This document shows positions 42,559-52,272 of a stretch of 64,000 nucleotides of DNA, in pieces. The notes below the pieces were generated by a model that was given only the letters and a program-made list of their open reading frames with translations, was not told the origin of the DNA and ran no database searches. The stretch lies in the NCBI GenBank assembly GCA_040385335.1, contig JAZKHP010000021.1, positions 68,516 through 132,515 on the forward strand. Reading direction: 5' to 3'. The first letter of the stretch is position 1; each line of letters opens with the position of its first letter. The position numbers and the translations under genes are program-made. This stretch comes from Pseudomonadota bacterium (lineage in GTDB: Bacteria; Pseudomonadota; Gammaproteobacteria; Pseudomonadales; Cellvibrionaceae).

Positions 42559-43518
42559 TTATTTCAAATAGAGTTGTGCTAACAGTAAGCTGAAAGCGGG
42601 CGCCTGCTCTGGTGCAGTTGGAAGTATGACGCCTTCTTCTTGTAAAACCCTTATGAGTTTTACTGGCACCACTTGCTTGTCACCAACAATTTCTACATGT
42701 CCCGCATTCACTACCAGGCGATTGATTCGTGGATCAGTTTCAACTTTCTCGTTGCGTTGTTCTGCCAGGGAGAATACTTCGTCGTCTTCCAGGCAGCGCC
42801 CATTCTCTTCGCGCCGACAAGTATTGCGCTCGTCAGTATCAATCTTAAGGTAATTAGTAACCTGCGAAGCCAATGTGCCAGGAGCGCGAATGAAGCGCGA
42901 AGAATAAGTGATATCTGTCCATTTTGCCCCAGTTGCGACATAACAACTTAATGGCAGTAACCCTAAGGTCAAAGGGTATAGCCAGGTTATGCCGCAAGTG
43001 TGGGCCGACTCAATGCCTGCAAACGGGCCAGAAATAGTTACCAATCGCACATTAACCGGTTGATTAGGGGAGATGCCGAGTAGCGATTCGGTCACTGATT
43101 TGCGGGCAATTAATGCCCCCTGGCTATGACCAATGACGGTAATCAATGGCACCTGGGATTGTTCGGCTAGTTGTTTGACTGCATATTGCAACTCCTTGGC
43201 GCTGTCAGCAAGCTTGTCGCGATAATTGTAGGTAAAGCAAGCTGATTGTTGACCATGAAACGCGAGTACCTGGGCCAACGCACGGAATTGGCCAGATGAG
43301 CCATAACAGCCGTGTACTAGGACATTGATGGGTTGCGAAGCATCAAAGCTTAAGTTGCGATCTGGACTGTCGGTGCAGGGGCCGAGGCCGGGAATATTAA
43401 CCGTTACAGTGGGTGCTGGTAAGCGACCAGGTTCAAGATTAGTAATGTTGATTGGATCACGCGAAGCGCAGCTGCTCAGAACACTAAAAATTGTTATGAA
43501 AATCGCGATACGGTTCAT
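42559..43518 (-). CDS. Alpha/beta-hydrolase-fold lipoprotein
   Basis: Lipobox 'VLSSC', oxyanion-like 'LVHGC', nucleophile elbow 'IGHSQG'. Confidence 0.75.
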   Translation of the reverse strand: MNRIAIFITIFSVLSSCASRDPINITNLEPGRLPAPTVTVNIPGLGPCTDSPDRNLSFDASQPINVLVHGCYGSSGQFRALAQVLAFHGQQSACFTYNYRDKLADSAKELQYAVKQLAEQSQVPLITVIGHSQGALIARKSVTESLLGISPNQPVNVRLVTISGPFAGIESAHTCGITWLYPLTLGLLPLSCYVATGAKWTDITYSSRFIRAPGTLASQVTNYLKIDTDERNTCRREENGRCLEDDEVFSLAEQRNEKVETDPRINRLVVNAGHVEIVGDKQVVPVKLIRVLQEEGVILPTAPEQAPAFSLLLAQLYLK

Positions 43519-43564
43519 ATCTCCTCCCGAGTAAAATTAATCATTTCAGTCTGCAATGCAATAT

Positions 43565-45064
43565 TCATTTTGCAGGTAATGTCGAAAAATGTGGATCTAC
43601 AGATTGATAACTTATTAACATTTCATAATGCCACTTGCACACGTCATAAAGAGAGTCTTCCGAGTTAAATCCAATATATTCGAACAGTGCACGATTATTG
43701 CTCGATGCAACATTAGATGATTTTTTTGATAGGTAATCCATATTCATTTTCCATACCTCAATTGAAAATGCCATAGGGTTTTCAATTGAACAACGAATGA
43801 AAGGATCTACATACGGAAATACATAGGGTGCGCAAAAGGATTTGTTACAAGTCAAGCGAATTGTCAAGCCTGTAGATACTTCGCTGATAAAGAAATCACT
43901 GGCATCCAGTATTTCACACTTGTTGTTATTGATAAATGCTTTAGCGCCAAGAATGCGATAACCTCTATTTTGTAAAAAATCACGCACGAAATGAATGGTT
44001 CCTCCTGTGTGTATATCGCTATCGAATAGTGTGTATTCGCCTTTAGGGATTTGGGTGCATTGGTCGTCCAGTGAAATGTTTCCTGCGCGGGTTTTGTACT
44101 CCAATCCACCAATTCCAAAGATGTCAAATTCGCGTGAAATATGTAAATTAAACTGCGCGTGCGTATTGGCGTCCAGGCTGATAATAGATTTAATATTTTC
44201 TTCAACAAAAGTGCGTTTCTGTTGCCTGATATTCGCTTCGTTAATTGAAGCGAAATATGGTGCCAGTATTTCTGTAAGTTTTTTTTCCAGCGGATGGTTG
44301 TTAGTGCGTAAATGCAGATCTTTTTGTAGTAGGTTAACGGGGTTGGAGTTACTCCTAATCGCAGATGATGATGCATTATTGTCACCAGCAATAAATAGAA
44401 TTCGTTCATTGCTTAATGACTTATAGCGGGTAAATTCACTTTCATAACCTGGCCTGTTTACAACGACACAATGGCCGTGAATTTCAAAGCTGGCCGCAAA
44501 ACGGGCGTTGTCAGATCCACAAATATAAAATACCGGTATGTTTTGTCGCAAGTGCAGTGCAAGATAGGCTTTTAAGCGAGTTATGACATCGGTAAAGTTT
44601 ATTGCAACCTGGTTAAAAACTCCTTCCCAAGGATCGATACTCAGCCACGGAATATCTGCAATCGCTTTCTGAATGTATAAGATTCTATGGGTTATAGGAA
44701 TAAATGATTCCTTACACTTTCCGCTAACATATTCATCATGCCCCGGTGAGAGATAACCACCCAAAACATTCCACCCCTGATTCTCCAATGTATGTTTTGC
44801 TTTATCCATAATCTCAATGTGCCCGTCATGAATTGGACAGAAGGAGCCTGTTGTTAGTAATACACAGTCTTTTTGCGATTCTCTCTGGGGATTATTAAAC
44901 CCTAATGGTGTGCATAGAACATTTAATGTGTCATCCAAATTTATGAGCTGAGCATGGGTGTCAAAGAAAAAACCAATTTCTTGAATATAGGCTAGTCCGT
45001 AGCGTTCAAATAAGTCAGCATAAAAAGCATCTCGTGTTATTTTCCAGTCAAGTTCTATAGTCAT
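43565..45064 (-). CDS. NMN/NaMN adenylyltransferase-like nucleotidyltransferase fused to a C-terminal type I PRTase-like domain
   Basis: 'TTGSFCPIHDGH' (HxGH), 'YLSPGHDEYV', 'WLSIDPWE', 'YICGSD', 'VNRPG', 'SSSAIR'; C-terminal 'YTLFDSDIHTGGTI' resembles the PRPP-binding loop. Confidence 0.7.
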   Translation of the reverse strand: MTIELDWKITRDAFYADLFERYGLAYIQEIGFFFDTHAQLINLDDTLNVLCTPLGFNNPQRESQKDCVLLTTGSFCPIHDGHIEIMDKAKHTLENQGWNVLGGYLSPGHDEYVSGKCKESFIPITHRILYIQKAIADIPWLSIDPWEGVFNQVAINFTDVITRLKAYLALHLRQNIPVFYICGSDNARFAASFEIHGHCVVVNRPGYESEFTRYKSLSNERILFIAGDNNASSSAIRSNSNPVNLLQKDLHLRTNNHPLEKKLTEILAPYFASINEANIRQQKRTFVEENIKSIISLDANTHAQFNLHISREFDIFGIGGLEYKTRAGNISLDDQCTQIPKGEYTLFDSDIHTGGTIHFVRDFLQNRGYRILGAKAFINNNKCEILDASDFFISEVSTGLTIRLTCNKSFCAPYVFPYVDPFIRCSIENPMAFSIEVWKMNMDYLSKKSSNVASSNNRALFEYIGFNSEDSLYDVCKWHYEMLISYQSVDPHFSTLPAK

Positions 45065-45078
45065 TTGGTGATACTTTC

Positions 45079-45855
45079 TTAAATAGCATTGGCTTCAAAA
45101 ATAATATCGGTACGGATAATTATTCTCGGTTCCTTATCTGCATGAGTTTGCACATCATGGCAGATCTTGTGATCAAAAATTAAAGCGTTGCCGGCAATTG
45201 CGCGCGCCTGACAAATAACTTCGTCAGCTCTTGCTTCCCTGAACCAATCGTCATGATTGCGACTCCAAATAGGTAAATTTTGTTGATCGTCGGAAATCAT
45301 TCGCGTCTCACCACCTATCCGCGAAGATGTTAAATAAATGACCACCGATTGCAGTGTTCGCAGTGAATCATCACTATAAATAAAAGCGTTATCGTAGTGG
45401 GGTAAATGTTTTCCTTCGCACTCATACTTCATAAAACGAAAAATAGGAGAGCACATGACGGGTTGCCATTGCCTGCGTTCTTTATCACCTTGCCACCAAT
45501 CTGTAGCGGACTTTTCATCCATCTTGCGTTCGCTTACATAAGGCTTAATTTTTTCCCAAATCTGTTTGGCGAGTTCAACCGACCAAAGCGTAGCTCTTGT
45601 TGAGCCGACAACTTCATTATCCATGATAGGTTTGCCCTGAACACCCACGGGGAAAAATTGCGGTGCCCTCGCGAATAATGCGATAAGTTGCTCGCATTCA
45701 TGAATGGAAAATAAATGCTCAACAATAGTCATAAGAGGACTAATGTGTGACGCCGCATGTTTGGCCTTGTCTAATTTTGGCACTTCGCGTGGCTCCCACC
45801 CGCCTGGCAATTGCGACATAATCGGTTTGCTTGTGAGTATGAGTGAATTCATCAA
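45079..45855 (-). CDS. 2-oxoglutarate/Fe(II)-dependent oxygenase (P4H-like)
   Basis: 'FRFMKY...PHYD' (HxD), 'SVVIYL', 'GGET', 'GNALIFDHKICH' (distal His), 'IIRTD' (2OG-binding Arg). Confidence 0.85.
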   Translation of the reverse strand: MMNSLILTSKPIMSQLPGGWEPREVPKLDKAKHAASHISPLMTIVEHLFSIHECEQLIALFARAPQFFPVGVQGKPIMDNEVVGSTRATLWSVELAKQIWEKIKPYVSERKMDEKSATDWWQGDKERRQWQPVMCSPIFRFMKYECEGKHLPHYDNAFIYSDDSLRTLQSVVIYLTSSRIGGETRMISDDQQNLPIWSRNHDDWFREARADEVICQARAIAGNALIFDHKICHDVQTHADKEPRIIIRTDIIFEANAI

Positions 45856-45894
45856 CTGTTCTCAGTGAAGTACTTTTTAATGTGAAGCGCCTAT

Positions 45895-46791
45895 TTAATT
45901 CCAGCCTTGAGGAGTAATTCGCTGCTGTACATCAATAAAATGAGCGGGATTTCCTACCTGATATTTATGTGCATTTTTTTTGTGACATGCTTCAATAGCT
46001 GCCGCATAGAGTTTAAATAAGTGGCGATCCTGTTCTTTTAAGCTTTCATCAATACTAATATTAAAGTCTTTCATTAGTTGATACATTTCCACAAACCAAT
46101 AGGGCGCACCTATCATTTCTTCATCTACCCTTCCATCCCATACATCTCCAGCGGGAATTGCGGCAATTATTTCTTCGGGAACATCTAATTTTTTTGCAAT
46201 TTGTATTATTTCTGATTTGTGCGCATCGGCAATCGGTTGCAGGTCTACCATTGCATCGGAAGCCTTGCCAAAAAAACCAATGTAAGCACCTTCGTCACGA
46301 TTAGTGGTACCAACGACAATCGATTTAAATCCTTGTTGCTGAAGCAAGGCTGCATGAAAATATAAATTGGGAGTGCGGACAATGCTAGCTAGCTGGCCTA
46401 ACGACCATGAATTTGGCAAAAAATCTTTGGTGAGCGTTGCGCAGTACTGGTCCAGTGTTGATGATAAATCATGAACATAGTAAGTAGAGGTAGCGGATAG
46501 CTCTACAACTTTTAATCCTCGTTCTGTTGCTATGGTTTGATTAGTGGTTCCGTTGCTGTAAATTGGCATCAACAAGCCCAGAATTTTTTTTAAGGGTGAG
46601 TTGGGTTCCTTTGCAGCAGCCAATAACAGCTTATAGGTAACTGCCGAATCAATACCGCCAGAAATTCCAATCACGCAACTATCCAGGTTATGCTGCGAAA
46701 AAAATAAATTTATTTTCTGAATTTTTTCTGCGATGTATTTATCGACTTCAAAGTTACGTTTTAGCTTGGTTAACAGAATTATTGCTTTCAT
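45895..46791 (-). CDS. nadE: NH3-dependent NAD+ synthetase-like protein (no glutaminase domain)
   Basis: PP-loop 'VIGISGGIDSAV', 'VGTTNRDE..YIGFFGKASD..VDLQPIAD.HKSEI', 'P.GDVWDGRVDEEMIG..Y', 'KNAHK'. Confidence 0.82.
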   Translation of the reverse strand: MKAIILLTKLKRNFEVDKYIAEKIQKINLFFSQHNLDSCVIGISGGIDSAVTYKLLLAAAKEPNSPLKKILGLLMPIYSNGTTNQTIATERGLKVVELSATSTYYVHDLSSTLDQYCATLTKDFLPNSWSLGQLASIVRTPNLYFHAALLQQQGFKSIVVGTTNRDEGAYIGFFGKASDAMVDLQPIADAHKSEIIQIAKKLDVPEEIIAAIPAGDVWDGRVDEEMIGAPYWFVEMYQLMKDFNISIDESLKEQDRHLFKLYAAAIEACHKKNAHKYQVGNPAHFIDVQQRITPQGWN

Positions 46792-47468
46792 TATTTGGCC
46801 TTAACATCAGGGCTGCGTTTACTTACTGTAACCTCTGAGAGCTAAAGACTTTGCCTCGTGCAGAGCTGTATCTATTGGGCCAGATTAGCAGATAAAAATA
46901 AATAGCGTCAATTTGCCAATAAGTTTTATGGATGTATAGTGTCATTTAGCCACCATCTGTGCAAGAATATGATTAATTCTTAGTCGTAGCTGAAGGTAGG
47001 TTGGTGCTGATGGGGCATGTATTGATGTAAGTAGTCAGCACTGATCCTGCGTGCGGTCTGGTATCCAAGAGCCGTAACCACTTTAGCTAAAATCTGTCAC
47101 ACCATTATTGCCCTTGATTTATAGAAAACGGTTGATAACCTTCGTGGGTTAGTCTTCAATCTCCGCGACTTTGGCGCTCGCGGCGCAAGTTCTGAAGCGA
47201 CCACTGCTATTGGCGGTGTAGCTCACCTGATAAATTTTATGGGACTGATAACTTTTCTGCTATTGTTGTCGCGCGGTGTCAAGACACGGTGGAGGTGGTT
47301 GGATTTTCAATTCCGGCCACATTCGTTACGGTATTTAAAATGGATGAGTTGTTGACAGAATATACTTTTGCAGAAGTGCGCAACCAGGCAGCTGTAGGAT
47401 AGTTTAACTAGGATCTTTAATTGAAATTGCCTTTCAGTGCAATCATCTTTGCAAGGAGTTATCAGCAG

Positions 47469-48272
47469 GTGAAAGAACGAAAATTAGCATTTGAAATAAG
47501 CGATGGCCGTATCCATACGCGCTCATTGGAAGTTCATATAGTTGATCATTGTAATTTAAGGTGCGCAGAGTGCTGTTCGCTTTCGCCATTGCTTCCCGAG
47601 CGCTATGTAAAGCCGGAAGATATGCAGAAAGACTTGGCGCTTGCTACAGCAGTCTTAGCTCCAGATTATATAAAGCTGGTGGGTGGTGAGCCCTTGCTGC
47701 ACCCGGATATTCTTGAATGCTTACGCGTAGCCAAGCCTATGGCGAAGACATTATCGGTGACCACTAACGCCATCTTGCTTGAACGCATGAGCGACGAATT
47801 TTGGCAATTGGTGGATGCTTTAACGATATCGATCTATCCTTCCCTTAAGCTCGATAAGGTGATGCAACATGTTTATCGTAAAGCTGAGGCGTTCAATGTA
47901 ATACTCAATATTAAAAAGCAAGATACCTTTGTCAAAATGACGCACTGGGATGCAGTTACAGATGAACAGGAAACAAAAGCAATATTTTCCAGCTGTTGGT
48001 TAAGGGAGCGTTGTCATATTGTTGATCGGGGACGCTTTTATTTATGTACTCGACCACCACACTTCCACACATTTTATGATGGCAAAAAAGCCTTTCTTCA
48101 GGACGGAGTGGAGCTACACAATAAGCCTTCGTTATTACATGAAATTTATCAATACTTAACTCGCACCAAACCACTCGATAGTTGCTCTCGCTGTACCGGG
48201 GGTACTGGTGAAGAGCAGCCTCATATAATGATGACTAAAAATGAAATCATTCAAAGGTTGGAGCTGAAATAA
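47469..48272 (+). CDS. Radical SAM enzyme with a Cys-rich C-terminal (twitch/SPASM-like) extension
   Basis: 'CNLRCAEC' (CxxxCxxC), 'LVGGEPLLHP', 'VTTNA'; C-terminal 'SCW..RCH...YLC...SCSRC'. GTG at 47469 follows an AGGAG RBS. Confidence 0.88.
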   Translation: MKERKLAFEISDGRIHTRSLEVHIVDHCNLRCAECCSLSPLLPERYVKPEDMQKDLALATAVLAPDYIKLVGGEPLLHPDILECLRVAKPMAKTLSVTTNAILLERMSDEFWQLVDALTISIYPSLKLDKVMQHVYRKAEAFNVILNIKKQDTFVKMTHWDAVTDEQETKAIFSSCWLRERCHIVDRGRFYLCTRPPHFHTFYDGKKAFLQDGVELHNKPSLLHEIYQYLTRTKPLDSCSRCTGGTGEEQPHIMMTKNEIIQRLELK

Positions 48273-49316
48273 ATGCAACTGATTGCGAGGGGTGATCCAT
48301 TTTCTGTATTCCCCTATTACTATATTTCGGGTAGTGTTGGCCACGGAAGTACCATTTCTTCCATTGTGACTGCCCATGGTTGCGAGCAACTCGATGCTCT
48401 GGGGATAAAGCAATATTTAAATAAAAATCCCGATGATATAAGAACCTGTTTTCAGGAAATAAAAAAACTCCCCCCTAATTGTGATCTGCTGTTGGAAAAC
48501 GGTGAATTAACCCTTAGATCACAAGAGCCAATAATATCTGACAATGACAATCTTTTTGCGTTACTCGTTCAAGCATTGCGCAGAGATACAGCTAAATACT
48601 CGCGTTGTGCTCTTGCGCTGAGCGGGGGAATTGATTCCGCAATGATTCTCGCTTTAATTAAAGAAGCCGCAATAAATAATGTTGAAATCTATACGCTTGC
48701 CACGGGTATACAAGAGTATTGTGAGCTGGAAGTGACGAAACGAACTGCACGCTATTATGGTGTTAAGCTCAACGTAGTTCAGGCAAGCCAAGCAGATTTT
48801 GTTAATGCCTTACCCGATGCAATAAGCAGTTGTGAAACGCCACTGTATAATCTGCATCCTGTTTCAAAATTATTGCTGGCGCGCGCCATGAAAAATAATG
48901 GAGTCGATTGTATTATTACTGGCGATGCCGCAGATCAAGCATTCAGTGGCTCGGTTGCCAATAATTATTTGCCTATTGTGGGATCAATCATGCGCGGTGA
49001 AGGAATGGGTTTTGCATCCCCATTTTTTGATAAGCAGGTTGTTGCTTTTGGTTTATCGGTGATGGATTCTGATAAGTCTGCGCTGCGAAAATTGGGTCTA
49101 TCACTGCTGCCCGAGTTTTTACAGCACCAAAAAAAACAACCGCGTCTCGCGCCTGCGATGAATGTTAATAATTACTGGAATCAAAAATGTATTGATCAAA
49201 TTGCAAAGCAATTAAACCTGCAGCCAGATCTGCATAACGATGCATTAAAAATGCTTTGGACCACACTGGGAATGTTGGTGCACACTATCTGCGAAAAAAA
49301 ATCATGTGCGGCATAG
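48273..49316 (+). CDS. AsnB-like ATP-dependent amide ligase lacking an intact glutaminase domain
   Basis: PP-loop 'LALSGGIDSAMI', 'ITGDAAD', 'SPFFD'. N-terminus keeps only remnants ('RGDPFSVFPYYY', 'IKKLPP'); no Cys at position 2. Confidence 0.75.
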   Translation: MQLIARGDPFSVFPYYYISGSVGHGSTISSIVTAHGCEQLDALGIKQYLNKNPDDIRTCFQEIKKLPPNCDLLLENGELTLRSQEPIISDNDNLFALLVQALRRDTAKYSRCALALSGGIDSAMILALIKEAAINNVEIYTLATGIQEYCELEVTKRTARYYGVKLNVVQASQADFVNALPDAISSCETPLYNLHPVSKLLLARAMKNNGVDCIITGDAADQAFSGSVANNYLPIVGSIMRGEGMGFASPFFDKQVVAFGLSVMDSDKSALRKLGLSLLPEFLQHQKKQPRLAPAMNVNNYWNQKCIDQIAKQLNLQPDLHNDALKMLWTTLGMLVHTICEKKSCAA

Positions 49317-51079
49317 CTGGTATTGTCAACTATCGTGCACTGGATGTAGATCTTGAGCCAAGAGCCAGGATCATGTGCGATAAGCTTTACCATAGAGGTC
49401 CGGACGAACAAAATATTATTGCTTTCCCGAACATTATTATGGTTCATACGCGCCTTGCGTTGCTTGATTTAGCGCGTGGACAACAGCCATATGTCTCCAC
49501 AGATCAGCGCTATGTTATTAGCTACAATGGTGAAGTATATAATTACAGAGAGCTTCGCGCGCAATTAGAAAAATATTGGTTATTTAATACTGATTCAGAT
49601 ACTGAAGTGATACTCGCTGCTTACGTATATTGGGGTGAGTCTTGCTTAAATTATTTTAATGGTATGTTTGCATTTTTTATTTGGGACTCATTTAAAAATG
49701 AAGGTTTTGCTGCAAGGGATTTGTTAGGAATAAAGCCGTTTGTTTACCAATATAAATCTGGAGAATTTATATTTGCCTCTGAAGCAAAAGCTATAGTGGC
49801 GATACAGCCTGCTTCCCCCATGGTGAATCACAGTGCGATTATCGAATATATAGCAGCGCCTTATTTTTCTGGCGTAGAGACTTCCTTATTCGAAGGGCTT
49901 GAATATTTGCAGGCGGGGCATAGCTTAAAAATATCGAAGCAAGGTATCTATTCAAAACAATGGGGCGATTATGAGTTGTCTGCTTCATTAACTGAGAATA
50001 AAAGCACCACCGAAGAAATGTCCGAATTGCTGCTTAACGCAGTACAGCAAGCTATGATTTCTGATGCTCCGGTTGGGGCATATTTGAGTGGGGGATTTGA
50101 CTCAACGTTAATTACGGCAATTGCCAATAAACATGCGGAAAAAAAGCTTGGCGTTTTTACTATTAAATTTACCGATCAAGATAAGTTCGATTACAATAAC
50201 TCACTCATTGTTACTTCAGACGATACTCCCTACGCAATTCGCGCTGCAAAACAAATCGGCGTTAAGCAGCGCATTATCTGCGTGAATAGATCGGAGGTCA
50301 TGGATACCATTAAGAAAATTTCTTGTACTAATGATGCACTACCCGTTTGGGAGCAAGAAATTGCCCAGCATCATTTGGCTCGTATTGCTGCACTGGATTA
50401 CAAAGCTATTTTAACTGGTGATGCTGCGGATGAAACTCACTACGGCTATCCATTTTTATTGGATGCGCAGGTAACTGCATCTCCTGCAGCTATTTTGCAG
50501 CGCTTTTCTGTACCGCCATTGAAGCCGGAATTGAAAAATAATTTATTAGCTTTTTTTGATGATAAATATAAAACCCTAACCAAGGCAGCAGGGCATAGTT
50601 GGACAACGCCCTTGGATAGACATTTGGCAACGACTTATCTTATTGTTAAGCGCTGGCTACCGCGCTTACTGCATAACGGCGATGTGCATGCTATGCAACA
50701 TTCGCTTGAAGCCCGCGTTCCCTTTGCGGATATTCATCTTCTCAATATGGCAAAGAAAGTTCATCCTGCCAGCGGCTATTGCAATGGTACCGAGAAATGG
50801 CTGCTGCGCCAAAGTGCCAGGGGTTTACTTCCTGAAAGTTCGCGACTAAGAAAAAAATCCGCTCTACCAAAAGATCAGGGAACAGGAAAATTATACAAAG
50901 AAGCTGCAATAGCTTTGTTTAACTCGCATAAGGTTTTTCTTGAGAGTTTTTTTGACATGAAGCAAATGCAGGCGTTGTGTCGCTCCGATACTCTATTGAG
51001 TGAACAGCAACGTGCATTATTATTTCGTACAATATCTTTGTGTCATTGGTGTGATTACTATGGGGTTAATATTCGTTGA
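49304..51079 (+). CDS. Asparagine synthetase B-like glutamine amidotransferase
   Basis: 'MCGIAGI' (Ntn Cys), 'HRGPD', 'YNGEVYN', 'SDTEVIL', 'ARDLLGIKP', 'YLSGGFDST', 'TGDAADE', 'LEARVPFAD'. Confidence 0.9.
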   Translation: MCGIAGIVNYRALDVDLEPRARIMCDKLYHRGPDEQNIIAFPNIIMVHTRLALLDLARGQQPYVSTDQRYVISYNGEVYNYRELRAQLEKYWLFNTDSDTEVILAAYVYWGESCLNYFNGMFAFFIWDSFKNEGFAARDLLGIKPFVYQYKSGEFIFASEAKAIVAIQPASPMVNHSAIIEYIAAPYFSGVETSLFEGLEYLQAGHSLKISKQGIYSKQWGDYELSASLTENKSTTEEMSELLLNAVQQAMISDAPVGAYLSGGFDSTLITAIANKHAEKKLGVFTIKFTDQDKFDYNNSLIVTSDDTPYAIRAAKQIGVKQRIICVNRSEVMDTIKKISCTNDALPVWEQEIAQHHLARIAALDYKAILTGDAADETHYGYPFLLDAQVTASPAAILQRFSVPPLKPELKNNLLAFFDDKYKTLTKAAGHSWTTPLDRHLATTYLIVKRWLPRLLHNGDVHAMQHSLEARVPFADIHLLNMAKKVHPASGYCNGTEKWLLRQSARGLLPESSRLRKKSALPKDQGTGKLYKEAAIALFNSHKVFLESFFDMKQMQALCRSDTLLSEQQRALLFRTISLCHWCDYYGVNIR

Positions 51080-52272
51080 AGAAAATTTTATTTATTGTTA
51101 TTCCAGAAAATGGACATATAAACCCTTACATAGGCGTTGCTAAACATCTGCAAGAAAAAGGTTTTAATGTTGGGTTTTACTCGATGCACGATATATCTAC
51201 ACAATTGCTTGCTGCAGATCTCAATTGCTTTGTTGGAGAATTCATTGCCCCGCCACAGTATAGTAAAAATCATGGCAAACAATTTGCCGCAAACGTTAAG
51301 GATGCGCAATGGTTGAGATCCTGGATAAAGGAGCTATTGATTGATGGTGCAGAAGGTGGAATTGCAAACATTAAAAAAGTGTTAGACAGTTTTAACCCTG
51401 ATCTTGTCATTACCGATCCAATGATTTATTCGGCTGCAATAGCAGCAACGCTTAAGAAAGTAAAATGGGTAGCCATTTCAAATTCGCTTAATCCTGTTAT
51501 CCATGCCGAGATAAAAAGTGAGTTGTTAAATACGGTGCAGTGGCTTGATCCCTTTCGCAAAAAATTATTTCAGGATTATGGAATGGATATTCAGTGCAGC
51601 GGCTGCGATATGCTTTCTCCGTATTTAAATATTGCCTTTGTTACAGAGGAGCTTGTTGGTTGCGGCCACACAAAAGTTAATCTCGTTGGTCCCTCAATAC
51701 CGCAAGGTCGACGCGGTGATGAACAACCATTTGACTGGAAGCCGCTGGCAACTGAAGTGCCTATTATCTATATGTCCTTTGGTAGCCAAATTTACTATCA
51801 ACCTGAAATGTTCAAAATAGTATTTGCAGCAGTTCGCAATCAGCCCATTCAGCTCATTGCCGTTGTCAATGAGCTTATGCTTTCTGATGAGCTGGGCAGC
51901 ATACCTGTGAATGTTATTCTTACCCATTACGCACCACAGTTGCAGTTACTACCTAAAGCGTCCGTGATGATTACTCACGGCGGTGCCAACTCTGTTATGG
52001 AAGCCATTTATTATGGTATTCCCATGTTGATTAGTCCTATTTGCAATGATCAATTTCATCAAGGCTTTTTCATCGAGCGCAATAATATTGGCGTGCAGCT
52101 TGATTTAAATAATGCAACAGTCGAACAATGCCGGAATGTTTTAAATAGACTTTTGCGCAGTGCGGTAATTCACAATAATATGGCTCGCATTTCTCAATCT
52201 TACCAAAAAGATGGAGCATTAAATGCGGCAAATATTATCGCGGATTTTATTGCCAGGGATGAGCAGCATTGA
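51076..52272 (+). CDS. GT1 (MGT/UDP-glycosyltransferase family) glycosyltransferase
   Basis: 'GHINPYIGVAKHL', 'IYMSFGS', PSPG-like 'APQLQLLPKASVMITHGGANSVMEAIYYGIPML..PICNDQ'. TTGA overlap with the upstream gene. Confidence 0.9.
   Translation: MKKILFIVIPENGHINPYIGVAKHLQEKGFNVGFYSMHDISTQLLAADLNCFVGEFIAPPQYSKNHGKQFAANVKDAQWLRSWIKELLIDGAEGGIANIKKVLDSFNPDLVITDPMIYSAAIAATLKKVKWVAISNSLNPVIHAEIKSELLNTVQWLDPFRKKLFQDYGMDIQCSGCDMLSPYLNIAFVTEELVGCGHTKVNLVGPSIPQGRRGDEQPFDWKPLATEVPIIYMSFGSQIYYQPEMFKIVFAAVRNQPIQLIAVVNELMLSDELGSIPVNVILTHYAPQLQLLPKASVMITHGGANSVMEAIYYGIPMLISPICNDQFHQGFFIERNNIGVQLDLNNATVEQCRNVLNRLLRSAVIHNNMARISQSYQKDGALNAANIIADFIARDEQH

Noticed and set aside
47125-47355. Open frame upstream of the radical SAM gene (…GARGASSEATTAIGGVAHLINFMGL…) considered as a double-glycine RiPP precursor for the radical SAM, AsnB-like and C39 proteins
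   Set aside because: No ATG/GTG/TTG before the GG site, only E(-8) and GG match the leader consensus, and no RBS. Other short ORFs in 46792-47468 also lack RBS or precursor features.
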